From contig NC_079238.1 in assembly GCF_027921745.1 (NCBI RefSeq), positions 620,001 through 684,000 on the forward strand: a DNA stretch of 64,000 bases, given 5' to 3'. This stretch comes from Schizosaccharomyces osmophilus (Eukaryota). The position numbers were made by a program, and so were the translations under genes. The notes under the pieces are model-generated. The model saw nothing but the letters and a program-made list of their open reading frames with translations. It searched no databases and was not told the origin of the DNA. Positions within the stretch are counted from its first letter, which is position 1. Each line of letters begins with the position of its first letter. Below, piece after piece: positions 50,375 to 62,871 of this stretch.

Positions 50375-51472
50375 ATGTCTCAAAATTCAGAGGCAACATC
50401 CTCCGGAAGAAACGTCTCTAATAATAATAATCAAAATAAAAGTAAAAAAGATGAGATTCGACGCGTTCCTTCGCCATCGTCGCATTTTATTGCTGGAGGG
50501 TAAGCTACATTGCCAAATACAGAAGCAAGTTCATGCGAATGCTAATAAAAGAACAGAGTTGCAGGGATGCTTGGAGCAATTGCTACAGCTCCTTTAGATG
50601 TTGTCAAAACGAGGCTTCAGTCAGACTTCTACAAGGATCGAGTCCTGAAACAATCTGGGCCAAAACATGGACCTCGAGCTATTTACAGGCAATTTGTAGA
50701 TACTTGCTTAATTTTAAATAATGTCCGATTACAAGAGGGTGCACGGGCTTTATTTCGAGGGCTTGGACCCAATTTGGTAGGAACGATTCCAGCTCGATCC
50801 ATCAATTTTTTTTCTTACGGCAACGGAAAACGGATTATTGCTGATCATTTCAATGATGGCAAGGAATCATCTCAAGTCCATTTAGTTTCTGCTGCCATAG
50901 CAGGGGTCATCACCTCTGCTGCTACCAATCCAATATGGCTAGTGAAAACCAGATTACAGTTGGATAAACGAAGCGGACAAACAGCCCGCTATAAATCGTC
51001 ATTGGATTGTATAATAAAAACGGTTAAAGTGGAAGGAATCGCAGGTCTATATAAAGGTTTATCAGCGAGCTTACTAGGAGTTGGTGAGAGTACGTTGCAG
51101 TGGGTTGTTTACGAAAAATTCAAGCACACTGTTGCTCTTCGACAACATCAAAGACGAGAGCTTGGCTATAAAGATACTTTATATGATAAATTTTTGGATT
51201 GGTCCGGTAAACTGGGAGGTGCGGGACTTGCTAAGTTCATTGCTGCTGCCATTGCTTATCCACATGAAGTTGTTCGTACACGGTTAAGGCAAAGTCCTTC
51301 AACAAATGGGGTACTAAAGTACAATGGTTTGTTGCAATGCTTTCAGCTAGTTTGGAAAGAACAGGGTGTTGCAGGCCTATATGGCGGGTTAACAGCTCAC
51401 TTACTTCGAGTTGTCCCTAATGCCTGTATACTTTTTGGAAGTTATGAGGTTATCATGCAGTTTATTGGCTAA
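50375..51472 (+). CDS. rim2: Mitochondrial pyrimidine nucleotide carrier Rim2, 346 aa; exons 50375-50499 and 50557-51472
   Basis: Three carrier repeats PLDVVKTRLQ, PIWLVKTRLQ, PHEVVRTRLRQ. Confidence 0.92.
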
Positions 51473-52080
51473 AAAGTAATTTTTATGTTGATGCGATGGT
51501 TTGGATTTGCATCATTATTTAGAGATTTCTTTCAGCAGTCCATTGTCTTCTGAAATAGTTTTAATAGAATCGAAAACAGGGAGAATTAATTGTTTTGCTC
51601 TCTATCGCATTTGCTCCTGCTAAACGATCTACAATACATACATGCATTCAATTTTGGTTGCTTTAATTGAACAGAAATAATTAATTGGTCTGATCCGGCT
51701 GGTGCTTGGGTTTATAATCTTTCTTTCTTTCTCTTTGATTTTTTGGAACAATAAAATAAAAATTTATTTGATTTTGCAACTTTTCGATGAATGATACTTC
51801 GCGCTTGAAATAGCATTATCAATCGCAATCCGATTACAATTAAATTCTCGAAAAAGTGCAGAGTTCATTGTCTGTTTATAAAGCAACAGTCATGCTGGAC
51901 TCCCATCTCATAGAGTGCTAACAGACAAAAAAATGAGGGGGTTATTCATTCTACAATTGTTAAAGTTCGCAACATGTGCCATTTTCAAGTTACTGAATCT
52001 GATTAACAAAAGATTGCTATGTAGATAAAGATGAAATTTAAGGTATAATTATATTGGTTCATGTAAATTCGTTATACAGA

Positions 52081-53103
52081 TTATTCGGTTCCACTAAATT
52101 GCTTGGCACGTTCCCAAAGCTTCAAAGCAGTATCGACGTAGGTTTGCTCATCGCTGTAGTATTGCAAACCGAGGGACTTGGAAAAAGAGTTGTCTATGTT
52201 GAAGAACTTTTCATTAAAAGGGACATCAGAAGGCTCGGAAATAACATCCTTCTTCTCGGGAAGTTTTTCGCGAAGAATCTTACTAATGTTGTTGGTAGAG
52301 AATGGACCTTGAGTAACGAGCATACGGCCATTGCTCAACTTGGGGCTTTCAAGAGCCAAAACGTGAGCGTCGGCAATGTCACGAACATCGACTTGCCAGC
52401 GCTGTATATTGGGTTGCACTTTAGAGCCATTGACGAGCTTCCACAAAACTTGATTGGAAGTATTCAAGGAGTCCATACTGTTCATGGGGTGAATGGGAGG
52501 ACCAAAGACGTAGGGAGGGTTGACAGTGCTAATGTCGAAGTGCAATTGCTTTTCCTTGACAAAATCACGAGCTGCCTTTTCAGCTAACTTTTTGGAAGCA
52601 GAGTAAGCGAAATTTCCATTTTTGGTCTGGAGAGCATCTTCATAGCTAAGAGGATTCCAGTCCTTCTCAGAATAGGAGTAGCCGGTGTTGGGATCAGCGG
52701 TGGGATTATTGACAGCAGCGAAGGAAGAAGTAATAACTACACGCTTCACCTTGGGTTCGGTCACGGCGGCCTCCAAGGCACTGAGTGTGCCTTTCACGGC
52801 GGGGTCCAAGAGTTGAGTTTTATTGTCAGTAACGTTATCAGTGAAGAAAGGGGAAGCAACATGACAAACATAATCACAACCCTTGACAGAATCCTGGAAC
52901 GCGTTGGGCTCAACGATGTCTTTGACGATCACAAATTCGATCTTGTCCTTGAGCTCGGGGTTCAAACGGACAAGCTCCTTTGCCTTCTCCATACTACGGA
53001 CGGTACCACGCACACGGTAACCCTTATTGAGCAATGCGACAGCGACATGGGCTCCAATGAAGCCAGTAACACCGGTGACTAAAACAAGTTGTTGGTTCGA
53101 CAT
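52081..53103 (-). CDS. NADPH-dependent aldehyde/methylglyoxal reductase (GRE2/flavonol-reductase-like extended SDR), 340 aa
   Basis: VLVTGVTGFIG, HVASP, VVITSSFAA, YSASK, VDVRDIADAH. Confidence 0.92.
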   Translation of the reverse strand: MSNQQLVLVTGVTGFIGAHVAVALLNKGYRVRGTVRSMEKAKELVRLNPELKDKIEFVIVKDIVEPNAFQDSVKGCDYVCHVASPFFTDNVTDNKTQLLDPAVKGTLSALEAAVTEPKVKRVVITSSFAAVNNPTADPNTGYSYSEKDWNPLSYEDALQTKNGNFAYSASKKLAEKAARDFVKEKQLHFDISTVNPPYVFGPPIHPMNSMDSLNTSNQVLWKLVNGSKVQPNIQRWQVDVRDIADAHVLALESPKLSNGRMLVTQGPFSTNNISKILREKLPEKKDVISEPSDVPFNEKFFNIDNSFSKSLGLQYYSDEQTYVDTALKLWERAKQFSGTE

Positions 53104-54489
53104 ACTTTCAAAAAATCTTTTTAGCACAATATTATGATTTTCAAAAAATAAACAAAAGCAATTAAATTAAAATAACTTTTTTGTTGTTTTATCCAACTCA
53201 AAACGATAAGTGTTGCACAGGTTTTACAGCTCAATTACGATACATATATACTAATGGTATGCGAAAGTCAATGATGCATGCTATTTGTATTAGTCATCTG
53301 TCGAGATCTGTGCTTGCCAGTGGAGCCTCCAATATTATTCTAAATTATTCTTAAATGATAATACTAATTAGTATATCAACGTAAACAAAAATACAATTGA
53401 TTATTCTCATCAGAATATTATTTTACAACAATGAGTTCTTTTACATGTCACTTGAGGATTATTTTATAAACACCAGCTATTCCCAGGCAACCTCTTCAGT
53501 TAGGAAGAATTTGCTGACAGAGCTTATACGCTTGTTTGATACCAACTTCATTAGTAGTGCCAGGCTGTTCCTATACACATATTCCACCAGAATTTTAATA
53601 ATTAATTGAAAGCCACTTATATTTATCGTCAAAAGCAATCACCGTTGTGTTTCACTTTGTCATATTTTACAGTGTTTCGCCGTGACAAAAATAGTATAAC
53701 TATAAAGAAACCGATATTACAGTTAGTAAACAAACGTGAAAAACCCAATTATATAACTAATGCGAAATCTTAGAAATATCTTTTAAGACGTATAAATGTT
53801 TTGTAAATATATACATAACATTAGTAAATTAACAAAAGTGTACAAATGTATGAGTATGTCTACAAAAGCCCATTCTAATGCTTCAATGCTACGTCGAAGA
53901 CAGGGAATGGTAGTTGTTTATATTAATAAAGTAAATGCTTGAGGAAAACTTGAATAACCACTAAAGTTATATATCTAAACAAGGCTTTCTTCGAGAGATA
54001 TTTGGGGGTATAGATAGTTTCGTTCTTGTCGAGCTATTTCCTAAAAGCTTTCCGAGGCGATGTGGGATTCGAAGTTTTTTCTTTTTTGAAAAATAATTTT
54101 TGAATTTAAGCAATAATCACAATTGTTCTTGCAATGGTCGCTTTCACCAATAGAGTGATTTGTTTCACTTTAGTAAGATATCCTAGTTTCCAACCATCAT
54201 AAATACTGCTTTTACCAACTTCTCTTACTGCACCAGTGATTCCGGGTTTTATTTAATTTTACGTTTATACAAGAAGACAAGAGATGTTTGGAATATATTC
54301 ATAGAGCTTAAATCAATGCAATTGAAATCTTATGAAAGTACGCCTTGATTTCAATTTAGAGAGCTTTATTCATCAATTTTATTATTCATAGGTGTTATAC
54401 AAAGCTTGGCTAAATCCCGGCCGCTTTTCGAATAACTTATTTATCGTTTCAAAGGATCGTTCAAATTTGCTAATGTGTAATCACCTCCT

Positions 54490-57400
54490 ATGAATTTCTC
54501 GCTGGAGTCTATAGATTGGGAATTAGAACCTTATGATCCTTCTTATGATCGGTTGGTTGACGATTTGGATAATGATGAAGACCGTCTTCCTCTCTTCCCA
54601 GTCATTCGAATCTTTGGAATCAACGATAATTCAGAAACAGTTTGTTGCTTTCTCCACAATGTATTTCCTTATCTTTATGTCGAATATTCTGACTTTTCTA
54701 ATGAAATTGAAGAGCAGGGAAGCATAACTACTTTCCTCAATATCATGCATCTTGCTATTCATCATGCTCTTGCCTTAGCTGCTAGAACCCAACCAGAGAA
54801 TTACAGACCTTCTGTACAAAGCGTTCAACTTATAAAGGCAATTCCCTTTTACGGGTACAATGTCGGTTATCGACGGTTTTTAAAAATCGCTCTCTACAGC
54901 CCCAAAAACAGGGATAGGCTGGTGGATTTGTTTCGTCAAGGAGCAATTCTAAATAAAGTAATTCAAGTTTATGAATCCCACCTATCTTATCTCTTGCAGT
55001 TTATGGTTGACTATAATCTTCATGGTTGTGCTCCGATTCACTGTGAAAATGAACATTTGCAAGCGTCAAAAGAGCGAAAGTCGTACTGTGAGATAGAGTT
55101 TCATATGGATCCTCAAGTAATTCTGAACTCCAGCAAGCTGGTAGAGCGTAACCTTCACTCTTCTATATTTGAGTCTTCATTCGGCCATGATTCTTTGCTA
55201 ATTAGTAGTCTTTCCGAGATCTGGAAATCGGAGGCGAAAAGACGCAATATAATCAGTACAGATGAAACTATTAGTTTATCAGAATTGCAACAGAGCCAAT
55301 TGTCTTTGAAGTCCACTGGTGATAATATCACCAGATGCTCTCCTCATTGGAAAAATGAAGACCAGCTAAAAAAGGAATTTATAAAGCTATTAGATGAGGC
55401 TAACAAGAGGTCGTCTCAAATGGAACCGTTAAACATGTCTGACCCATGGCCTGATATTCCCACTGGTTTTGTTGCCCTGCATTCGATAAACCCTACGTAT
55501 TCCTCACAAAGTTTAGCTTCAATTTCTCAGTTATCAAGTGAAGACCGTCAAGTGTCGTCTAATATACAAGCGTCACCAGAGAAGATGAAAACAGACATTG
55601 TAGAAGTTGAGAATTCGTTCGAACAATTAGATTCTGAGTTAGAGAATATCATGGGAAACTCCGTCTTCGAATCATTCCCATTTGTACAGCCTAATTCGAA
55701 TGTGGGAGCTGTTTCGAACCCCTCAACTCCACCGTTATCTGAATCCCCATTAGATTCCCCCAAGTCAAGCCCTCCTTCATTGAACGAATCATTTCGAGTT
55801 GTCAGCTCCCCTTTGAATTCGCCAAATTCGAATTTACGATTAAAAGGAGGAGGTAATATCAGAAAACGTCCAGTCGAGCTTGTAAACTCATCCGATGAGT
55901 CCTTTCCTAGTTTACGTCCTCTTCCTTCTAGCAATCCTGAGACTGGGTGCGTCCGTTTTCAAAAATACAGAAAACCACGAGCTAACTTCGAAGATTTCAC
56001 TAGATGGACGCAATTACCAAAGGAATATCGCTTACCTTATAGACCCCGCAAAGAAGAACATGTTTTTGCTAAAAAACCACCATCTCGTCAACTCTTGATG
56101 GATACTATATCCTCTGTTAATATACCGACGATACTGTACCCCTATATACATTACAGTCTGACAAAGGACATTCCTTCTGGCTATCAGGAATATTTAGGAA
56201 ATGTGTATTATCCTCGAGGCATTACAGCAAAATACCTTCAAGAATTTCACTGTGATGGCCGTGTAGAAGAAAACATGACGAGTACATCGCTTAAATTACC
56301 ACCTGTCAGAACGTCTACCACATGGGAATATGTTATTCCTCCTCCTACTCTCTCTGAATTGAATAGCTGGTCAAAGAATAAGAAAGCTAATACTAATAAT
56401 AATAATACTTACAGAACTCCTTCTGCTAGCCAGCAAAAGGTTTTTAACAAGGATCCCTATGCTTCGATACGTATATTATCTCTTGAGTTATTTTGTAATA
56501 GCAAAAGTGGTTTACTTCCTGATCCTTCCAAAGATCCAATAGAAGGTTGTTTTTGGGCGTATCAAGAAAATGCTAATATTCGTTCCATTGAAAAATACGG
56601 ATTTATTGTAAATTCCCCGAACGTAGAAAGCACTGCTTTTGAAAAATCTTTCCCAGGTGCTACAGTTTTATTGGTTTTTTCAGAAATTGAACTATTGAAC
56701 GAAATTATCTCTTTGACGCGTCAATTAGATCCCACTATACTATGCGGTTATGAGGTACACAGTAGCTCATGGGGATATCTTATTGAAAGAGCGGCGTATA
56801 AATTCAATTATGACCTTCCAGAGCAGCTTTCACGGTTGGCTGATACAACGAAAGGAGCATTTGCAAAAAAAAATGATGCTTGGAGTTATTCTACCACCTC
56901 ATCAATCAAAATTGTTGGACGGCACATGCTAAACATTTGGCGAATAATCAGAGGAGAGATTAGTCTTCTAAACTATTCACTAGAAAACGTGGTGGCTCAC
57001 CTGTTTGGCATCCAAACGCCTTTTTACAGACAAGCAGATTTGGTAGAACTTTGGAACACGCCTGCTTATCATGACAAACATATTCTTTTTCAATATATGT
57101 TAAAAAGAACAAAATTTTCTTTGGAAATACTATCCTCAAGATCGATTATCACGAAAATCCGAGAGCAAGCTCGAGTCGTAGGTATAGATTTTATGTCTGT
57201 TATATCCAGAGGTTCACAATTTAAAGTTGAAGCAATCATGTTTCGTATTGCCAAATCCGAAAACTACTTACTTGTTTCACCAAGTGCTAAGCAAGTAGCT
57301 GAACAAAATGCGTTGGAAGCGTTGCCGTTAGTTATGGAACCTCGATCCAATATGTATCATAATCCAGTGTTGGTATTGGATTTTCAGTCCTTGTATCCTT

Positions 57401-58968
57401 CTATCATTATAGCATATAATCTGTGCTATTCTACTTGTTTAGGGCCTGTACGATCCGTTAACGGGAAATTTAAACTTGGGTTTATGCCTTATTCTGTTGA
57501 TCCTCGCGTAATGGACATTCTTAAAGACAATGTATATATTTCGCCAAATGGATACGCATACGTGAACAAAGAAGTTAGGAAATCTTTGATAGCCAAGATG
57601 CTCGAGGAACTTATTGAGACCAGGGCAATGATAAAAAAGGGAATGAAAGATTGTGATTCACCATATGTGTACCAGATTTTAGATAGTCGGCAATTGGCAC
57701 TGAAGCTGATTGCAAATGTGACATATGGTTACACGTCTGCTTCCTTCTCGGGTCGAATGCCTTGCTCAGAAATTGCTGACACAATTGTTGAAACAGGACG
57801 AGAACTTCTTGGAAACGCGCTATCTTACATTAATAATCATAAAAAATTTGATGCGAAGGTTGTATATGGTGACACTGATAGTTTGTTTGTCGAATTACCA
57901 GGAAAAACTAAAGAGCAAGCATTTGAGATTGGGCATTTGCTTGCATCAGAAATTACCTCAATGTTTCCTTCACCGATTCGTTTAAAATTTGAAAAGGTAT
58001 ACTTACCATGTTTTTTACTAGCAAAGAAGAGATACGTGGGCTACAAGTATGAAAAAGCGAATGAGGCTGTCCCTTCATTTGATGCTAAAGGGATTGAAAC
58101 AGTGAGACGGGATGGAACACCCATACAGCAAAAAGTTCTTCGCAGTTGCATAGAAAAGTTATTCCAGTCCAAAGATTTGTCTCAAGTGAAAAAGGGGTTT
58201 CAAGAGTTTTGTTCCAAAATTATGTCCGAAGAAATCCCAGCTATGGATTTTTGTTATAATAAGGAAGTGCGTATGGACAAATACAAAGAACTAAGTACGG
58301 CCCCTCCTGGGGCTACTATGGCAAGACGTTTAATGACTAAAGATCCTAGGTCTGAACCTCAATATGGTGAACGTGTTCCTTACTTGGTCCTAGCGGGGGC
58401 ACCAGGAACCACTCTGGCAAATCGTTCTGTCTCTCCAGAGGAATATCTTTCGGATAGTTTTTCACAATTAGATATTGATTATTATATTAGGCACAATTTA
58501 ATTCCGCCGTTGGATAGGTTTTTGAATCTACTTGGCACTAGTGCTGAATCTTGGTACAATGAAATGCCAAAACGACTTCATAAATTGATACGAGCAGGAG
58601 CTTTGGGTGACGGCTCTAAAGTCCACAAAAAGACACTAGATAAGTTTTTGACAGAAAGGCTTTGTTCCTCTTGCCTCCGGAACATGGTAAGCAACCAAAA
58701 TTCTTCCGAAAATAAATATCTCTGTGATGATTGTCTGAAGAATGTACCAGCAGCTACGACTAGAGTTATTCAACAGAGCAAAGACGTTGCTATTAGATTA
58801 GCAAGGTTAGAAGATATATGCCGGGGATGCAGTGCCATTTCTTCTTCTGATCCTGTTCTATGCCGGTCAAAGTCTTGTAAAATATATTACGACAGAGCTA
58901 AGACATATAGCAAGGCGAAAGCTCAGGCAGAACTATACGAGAGAACATTACTTTCCTTAGATTGGTAA
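54490..58968 (+). CDS. rev3: DNA polymerase zeta catalytic subunit
   Basis: SRGSQFKVE, LDFQSLYPS, KLIANVTYGY, YGDTDS, C-terminal Cys clusters. Confidence 0.97.
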   Translation: MNFSLESIDWELEPYDPSYDRLVDDLDNDEDRLPLFPVIRIFGINDNSETVCCFLHNVFPYLYVEYSDFSNEIEEQGSITTFLNIMHLAIHHALALAARTQPENYRPSVQSVQLIKAIPFYGYNVGYRRFLKIALYSPKNRDRLVDLFRQGAILNKVIQVYESHLSYLLQFMVDYNLHGCAPIHCENEHLQASKERKSYCEIEFHMDPQVILNSSKLVERNLHSSIFESSFGHDSLLISSLSEIWKSEAKRRNIISTDETISLSELQQSQLSLKSTGDNITRCSPHWKNEDQLKKEFIKLLDEANKRSSQMEPLNMSDPWPDIPTGFVALHSINPTYSSQSLASISQLSSEDRQVSSNIQASPEKMKTDIVEVENSFEQLDSELENIMGNSVFESFPFVQPNSNVGAVSNPSTPPLSESPLDSPKSSPPSLNESFRVVSSPLNSPNSNLRLKGGGNIRKRPVELVNSSDESFPSLRPLPSSNPETGCVRFQKYRKPRANFEDFTRWTQLPKEYRLPYRPRKEEHVFAKKPPSRQLLMDTISSVNIPTILYPYIHYSLTKDIPSGYQEYLGNVYYPRGITAKYLQEFHCDGRVEENMTSTSLKLPPVRTSTTWEYVIPPPTLSELNSWSKNKKANTNNNNTYRTPSASQQKVFNKDPYASIRILSLELFCNSKSGLLPDPSKDPIEGCFWAYQENANIRSIEKYGFIVNSPNVESTAFEKSFPGATVLLVFSEIELLNEIISLTRQLDPTILCGYEVHSSSWGYLIERAAYKFNYDLPEQLSRLADTTKGAFAKKNDAWSYSTTSSIKIVGRHMLNIWRIIRGEISLLNYSLENVVAHLFGIQTPFYRQADLVELWNTPAYHDKHILFQYMLKRTKFSLEILSSRSIITKIREQARVVGIDFMSVISRGSQFKVEAIMFRIAKSENYLLVSPSAKQVAEQNALEALPLVMEPRSNMYHNPVLVLDFQSLYPSIIIAYNLCYSTCLGPVRSVNGKFKLGFMPYSVDPRVMDILKDNVYISPNGYAYVNKEVRKSLIAKMLEELIETRAMIKKGMKDCDSPYVYQILDSRQLALKLIANVTYGYTSASFSGRMPCSEIADTIVETGRELLGNALSYINNHKKFDAKVVYGDTDSLFVELPGKTKEQAFEIGHLLASEITSMFPSPIRLKFEKVYLPCFLLAKKRYVGYKYEKANEAVPSFDAKGIETVRRDGTPIQQKVLRSCIEKLFQSKDLSQVKKGFQEFCSKIMSEEIPAMDFCYNKEVRMDKYKELSTAPPGATMARRLMTKDPRSEPQYGERVPYLVLAGAPGTTLANRSVSPEEYLSDSFSQLDIDYYIRHNLIPPLDRFLNLLGTSAESWYNEMPKRLHKLIRAGALGDGSKVHKKTLDKFLTERLCSSCLRNMVSNQNSSENKYLCDDCLKNVPAATTRVIQQSKDVAIRLARLEDICRGCSAISSSDPVLCRSKSCKIYYDRAKTYSKAKAQAELYERTLLSLDW

Positions 58969-59406
58969 GTTATGAGAGGTACATTTTGCATGAATCCTAA
59001 TTATTTATTTATTCTATTTGCTACCGAGGAAAGCTAGACACTACAAGTAAATGATGGAAAGTTGATTACAATATCACAATCATTGTTGGTAAATAGACAT
59101 ATATACCTCTCATCATACGAAAGTACATACAATTAAATGTACAGTTTATCTTCTATAATAATTATTGTACTAGAATCATTATTCCAATATCTCATTGCAT
59201 CTTTTTACTGACTCATATCGTAGCTCGTTCGACTTCCTAATTCAGTCACTTCTGTCATGATGTACCGAGATGGTTCCTTTAACAACCACCTTCTTTTTCC
59301 GACAAAGGCAATTGGCTAATTTTGAATAAGTATAGAAAGATTTTGATCTTTTAGAATATTTTTTGGAGGAGACAATTGGTTAGGTACCATTGGGAAGTGT
59401 TCCAAT

Positions 59407-62400
59407 ATGAGCTCCTTTCGTTTACAAGCAGACCATATGCAATCAGACGCATCTTTGGTCACAAGCGTGCGAAAAGCAACAAGCGTTGATGAAACAGCTC
59501 CAAAAAGAAAGCATGTGCGTAGTTGCATCGTTTTTACGTGGGATCACCGCACCGCCAAACCATTTTGGATTGCCGTAAAAGTACAGCCATTGTTCGCGAG
59601 CGAAATACAAACTTTTAAGGCTTTGATTACTGTGCATCGAGTACTACAGGAAGGCCACAGATCTGCGTTAAAGGATTCGCAACCAGAAAGAGGATGGCTT
59701 AAAACATGTGCTCGTCAATTCCCTGGAGGAGAAGGCATGAAAGGGTATAGTGGCTTGATTCGAGATTACGTTGACTACTTGTTGGACAAGCTTGCTTTTC
59801 ACAATCAGCATCCTGAATTCAATGGAACTTTTGAGTATAAGGAATACATTAGTCTTCGACAAGTTGATGATCCCAATGAAGGTTATGAAACAGTTTACGA
59901 TATGATGAATCTCCAAGATCATATTGACGATTTTCAAAAACAAATCTTTTCTTCCTTTAAGCGTTCGAGTAAGAATGAATGCCGGATTTCTGCTTTGGTT
60001 CCCTTAGTTCAGGAATCTTACGGCATTTACCGTTTTTTAATTAGTATGCTGCGTGCATTATACAAGACGATTGATGCTGCTGATACGTTGGAACCTTTGA
60101 AACAAAGGTATAAATCTCAACACCATCGTCTTCGTCAATTCTACGCAGATTGCTCCAACCTTCGTTACCTTACTAGTTTGATTTCTGTTCCTCGTCTTCC
60201 TCATGAACCTCCAGAGTTGGAGGGTGACAATCTTCCAGAGTTACCAAAGCGTCCTGCTTCCGTAGCTCCACAACCGACTGGTACATCCTCCATTGGCCCC
60301 CAGCAAACTGGCGGTTCTTCCCCAGTAGAAATGAGCTTTCCCTCAGCCAGCGATATAGAACCTGTCCCTAGTTATAATGAACCTGAGTCCATTCAAGACT
60401 TCTGGTCCGAACCAGCGTATGACCAACAGATTGCCGCACAGCAACATTCTCTCGCTGCCCAACAATCCGCTGAAATGGAACGTCAACGTCTTGCTGCCCA
60501 ACAGCATCAGCAAGCCATGGAGGCTATTCAAAAAGCTCAGATGGATCAGCAACGAGTTGCTCAAGAACAAATGCTTCAGCAACAGATGCAAATGCAAAGT
60601 CAAGGGCAACTTGCGGGTATGGAACAGCAAGTCGCAGCCACTAGAGCTCAGTTGGAGCAAAGTAATATGCTTCTTCATCAGTATGATGCTAGAGTAAGAG
60701 CATTAGAAAACGAGTTAAACCAGTCTGGTCTTAATATACAGGATCAAATACATCAAAATGACGATTTAATTGATTCTTTGAGAAGTCAAATCAACACCTG
60801 GAAGAGCAAATATGAGGCACTAGCTAAGCTTTACACACAGCTGCGTCAAGAACATTTGGATCTGCTAACTAAATACAAACAGCTTCAGCTTAAAGCAAAT
60901 TCTGCACAAGAAGCCATTGAGAAGAAAGAACGAATGGAACGTGAGATTAAGAGTAAGAATCTCGAACTTGCTGATATGATCCTCGAACGTGATCGTGCTC
61001 GCCATGAATTGGATACGATGCACCGTTCTCAGCGTGATAAACAAATGACCAATGAGCGTGAACTACGCTTGCTACAAGATAAAGCAAGAAATCTCGAGAA
61101 CAACAAGTCATCGGAACTATCGAATTTATTAAGCCGGTATAATATTGAAGTTGCTCAGTTGGAAGAAAGTCTCCGTGTAAAAGATCAGGAGTTGGAAGGT
61201 TTCCGTCGAGAATTAAACAATTCTGAAGCTCAATATCGCAAACTTTTACAAGAAAAAGAAGAGGAAGTGGAAATTCAAAAGGCTGCCGTTGATGAATCTC
61301 TCTTGCAGTTAAAGAACCTCCAACTGGATCGCAGCGATGTTGACCAAGCTATGGACTCACAGATTGATGATTTGTTAAAGTCACAACTGGAAAAATTGAG
61401 CGGCATAGTTGACTCTGTGCTCTTCACTGGTATTCAGCGTTTGGATGCTAGTTTGCATGAATTGGATTCTCCTATGCATGCAGGAAATCAATATGCAACA
61501 CCGGAATTTGTCCTTTCCATTATTGAAAATGCAGGTAACCGTTGTACGGATTTTGCAACTGCATTCAACAATTATTTTGCGGATGGACCAAACGCTGATC
61601 ATTCTGAAGTTATAAACAGTGTCAATTTCTTCTCAACAGCCATGTCAGAGGTATCTAATAACTGTAAGGGTTTGAGTCGTTCTACTGGTGATGATCAAGG
61701 ATCTGATCAATTGGCATCACAGACACGGAAAATGATTGAATTAGCGAAACGCTTCTTGTCAAGCTTATTTTCTCAGTCTACTGTAAAGATGGATGTTGAT
61801 CAAAAAACGGATATGGTCATTAACGAAAATGTAGAAATACAGCAACGTTTGCAGCAGCTATCTCAGTATTCTGAAAAGTTCTTAAATAAGGAATCCGAAA
61901 GCGCGGTTGGCCTATTAAGTGCAGGTGGTGACAATATTGAGGAATTAGTAGACAAACAGTTGGCCGAGACAGCTAATGCTATTCAGAATGCTATTCTCAA
62001 ATTGCAAGGACTGGCTGCTCAACCAAAGAATATTAACTTGTCTCCTTCTGAATTGCAAGTGCATGATTCCTTATTGGCTGCTTCCATCGCTATAACTGAA
62101 GCGATTGCTAGGTTGATCAAAGCTGCCACTGCATCTCAAGCGGAAATTGTTGCCCAAGGTAAAGGATCTAGCTCTAGAGGAGCATTTTATAAAAAACACA
62201 ATCGTTGGACAGAAGGACTTATCTCTGCTGCTAAAGCTGTTGCTCGTGCTACTGTCACTTTGATAGAGACTGCCGATGGTGTTATCAACGGTAAAGCTAG
62301 TTTCGAGCATTTAATTGTGGCATCGAATGGTGTAGCAGCAGCTACAGCTCAGTTGGTTGCTGCTTCACGAGTCAAGGCGAACTTTGCATCCAAAACACAG

Positions 62401-62649
62401 GATCATTTAGAAGAAGCGGCTAAGGCCGTTACAGATGCATGTAAGGCTTTAGTAAGACAAGTCGAGACCATGGCATTGCGTTCGAAGGAAATGGAGCACG
62501 AGGATTTCTCTAGTCTCGGTGTTCACGATTATCGCCGTCAAGAGATGGAGCAGCAAGTGCAAATCCTGAAAATAGAAAATGAGCTGGTTGGAGCTCGTCG
62601 CCGTCTTTTCGATATGAGAAAAACTTCGTACCATGTCTCTGAGGAGTAA
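59407..62649 (+). CDS. end4: End4/Sla2 endocytic adaptor (ANTH, coiled coil, THATCH)
   Basis: KATSVDETAPKRKHVR, FYKKHNRWTEGLISAAK, EMEQQVQILK. Confidence 0.97.
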   Translation: MSSFRLQADHMQSDASLVTSVRKATSVDETAPKRKHVRSCIVFTWDHRTAKPFWIAVKVQPLFASEIQTFKALITVHRVLQEGHRSALKDSQPERGWLKTCARQFPGGEGMKGYSGLIRDYVDYLLDKLAFHNQHPEFNGTFEYKEYISLRQVDDPNEGYETVYDMMNLQDHIDDFQKQIFSSFKRSSKNECRISALVPLVQESYGIYRFLISMLRALYKTIDAADTLEPLKQRYKSQHHRLRQFYADCSNLRYLTSLISVPRLPHEPPELEGDNLPELPKRPASVAPQPTGTSSIGPQQTGGSSPVEMSFPSASDIEPVPSYNEPESIQDFWSEPAYDQQIAAQQHSLAAQQSAEMERQRLAAQQHQQAMEAIQKAQMDQQRVAQEQMLQQQMQMQSQGQLAGMEQQVAATRAQLEQSNMLLHQYDARVRALENELNQSGLNIQDQIHQNDDLIDSLRSQINTWKSKYEALAKLYTQLRQEHLDLLTKYKQLQLKANSAQEAIEKKERMEREIKSKNLELADMILERDRARHELDTMHRSQRDKQMTNERELRLLQDKARNLENNKSSELSNLLSRYNIEVAQLEESLRVKDQELEGFRRELNNSEAQYRKLLQEKEEEVEIQKAAVDESLLQLKNLQLDRSDVDQAMDSQIDDLLKSQLEKLSGIVDSVLFTGIQRLDASLHELDSPMHAGNQYATPEFVLSIIENAGNRCTDFATAFNNYFADGPNADHSEVINSVNFFSTAMSEVSNNCKGLSRSTGDDQGSDQLASQTRKMIELAKRFLSSLFSQSTVKMDVDQKTDMVINENVEIQQRLQQLSQYSEKFLNKESESAVGLLSAGGDNIEELVDKQLAETANAIQNAILKLQGLAAQPKNINLSPSELQVHDSLLAASIAITEAIARLIKAATASQAEIVAQGKGSSSRGAFYKKHNRWTEGLISAAKAVARATVTLIETADGVINGKASFEHLIVASNGVAAATAQLVAASRVKANFASKTQDHLEEAAKAVTDACKALVRQVETMALRSKEMEHEDFSSLGVHDYRRQEMEQQVQILKIENELVGARRRLFDMRKTSYHVSEE

Positions 62650-62871
62650 CTTATTCATTCTTTTTACGTGTAGTTATGACAGAAAAAATTATTTTTTTCG
62701 TATACATATCTTGATTAGATAACTTTAAGCAGACGTGTTGTATTTTTTATTTTAGTTATTATGTAAATATAAATGTTAAATCAATTACTTTGATAGAACT
62801 TTGCTTTCAAACGTCGAGGCCCAAAAAATATTAAATGAGACTATACTAGGAAATCTGATTGATGCGAATTC

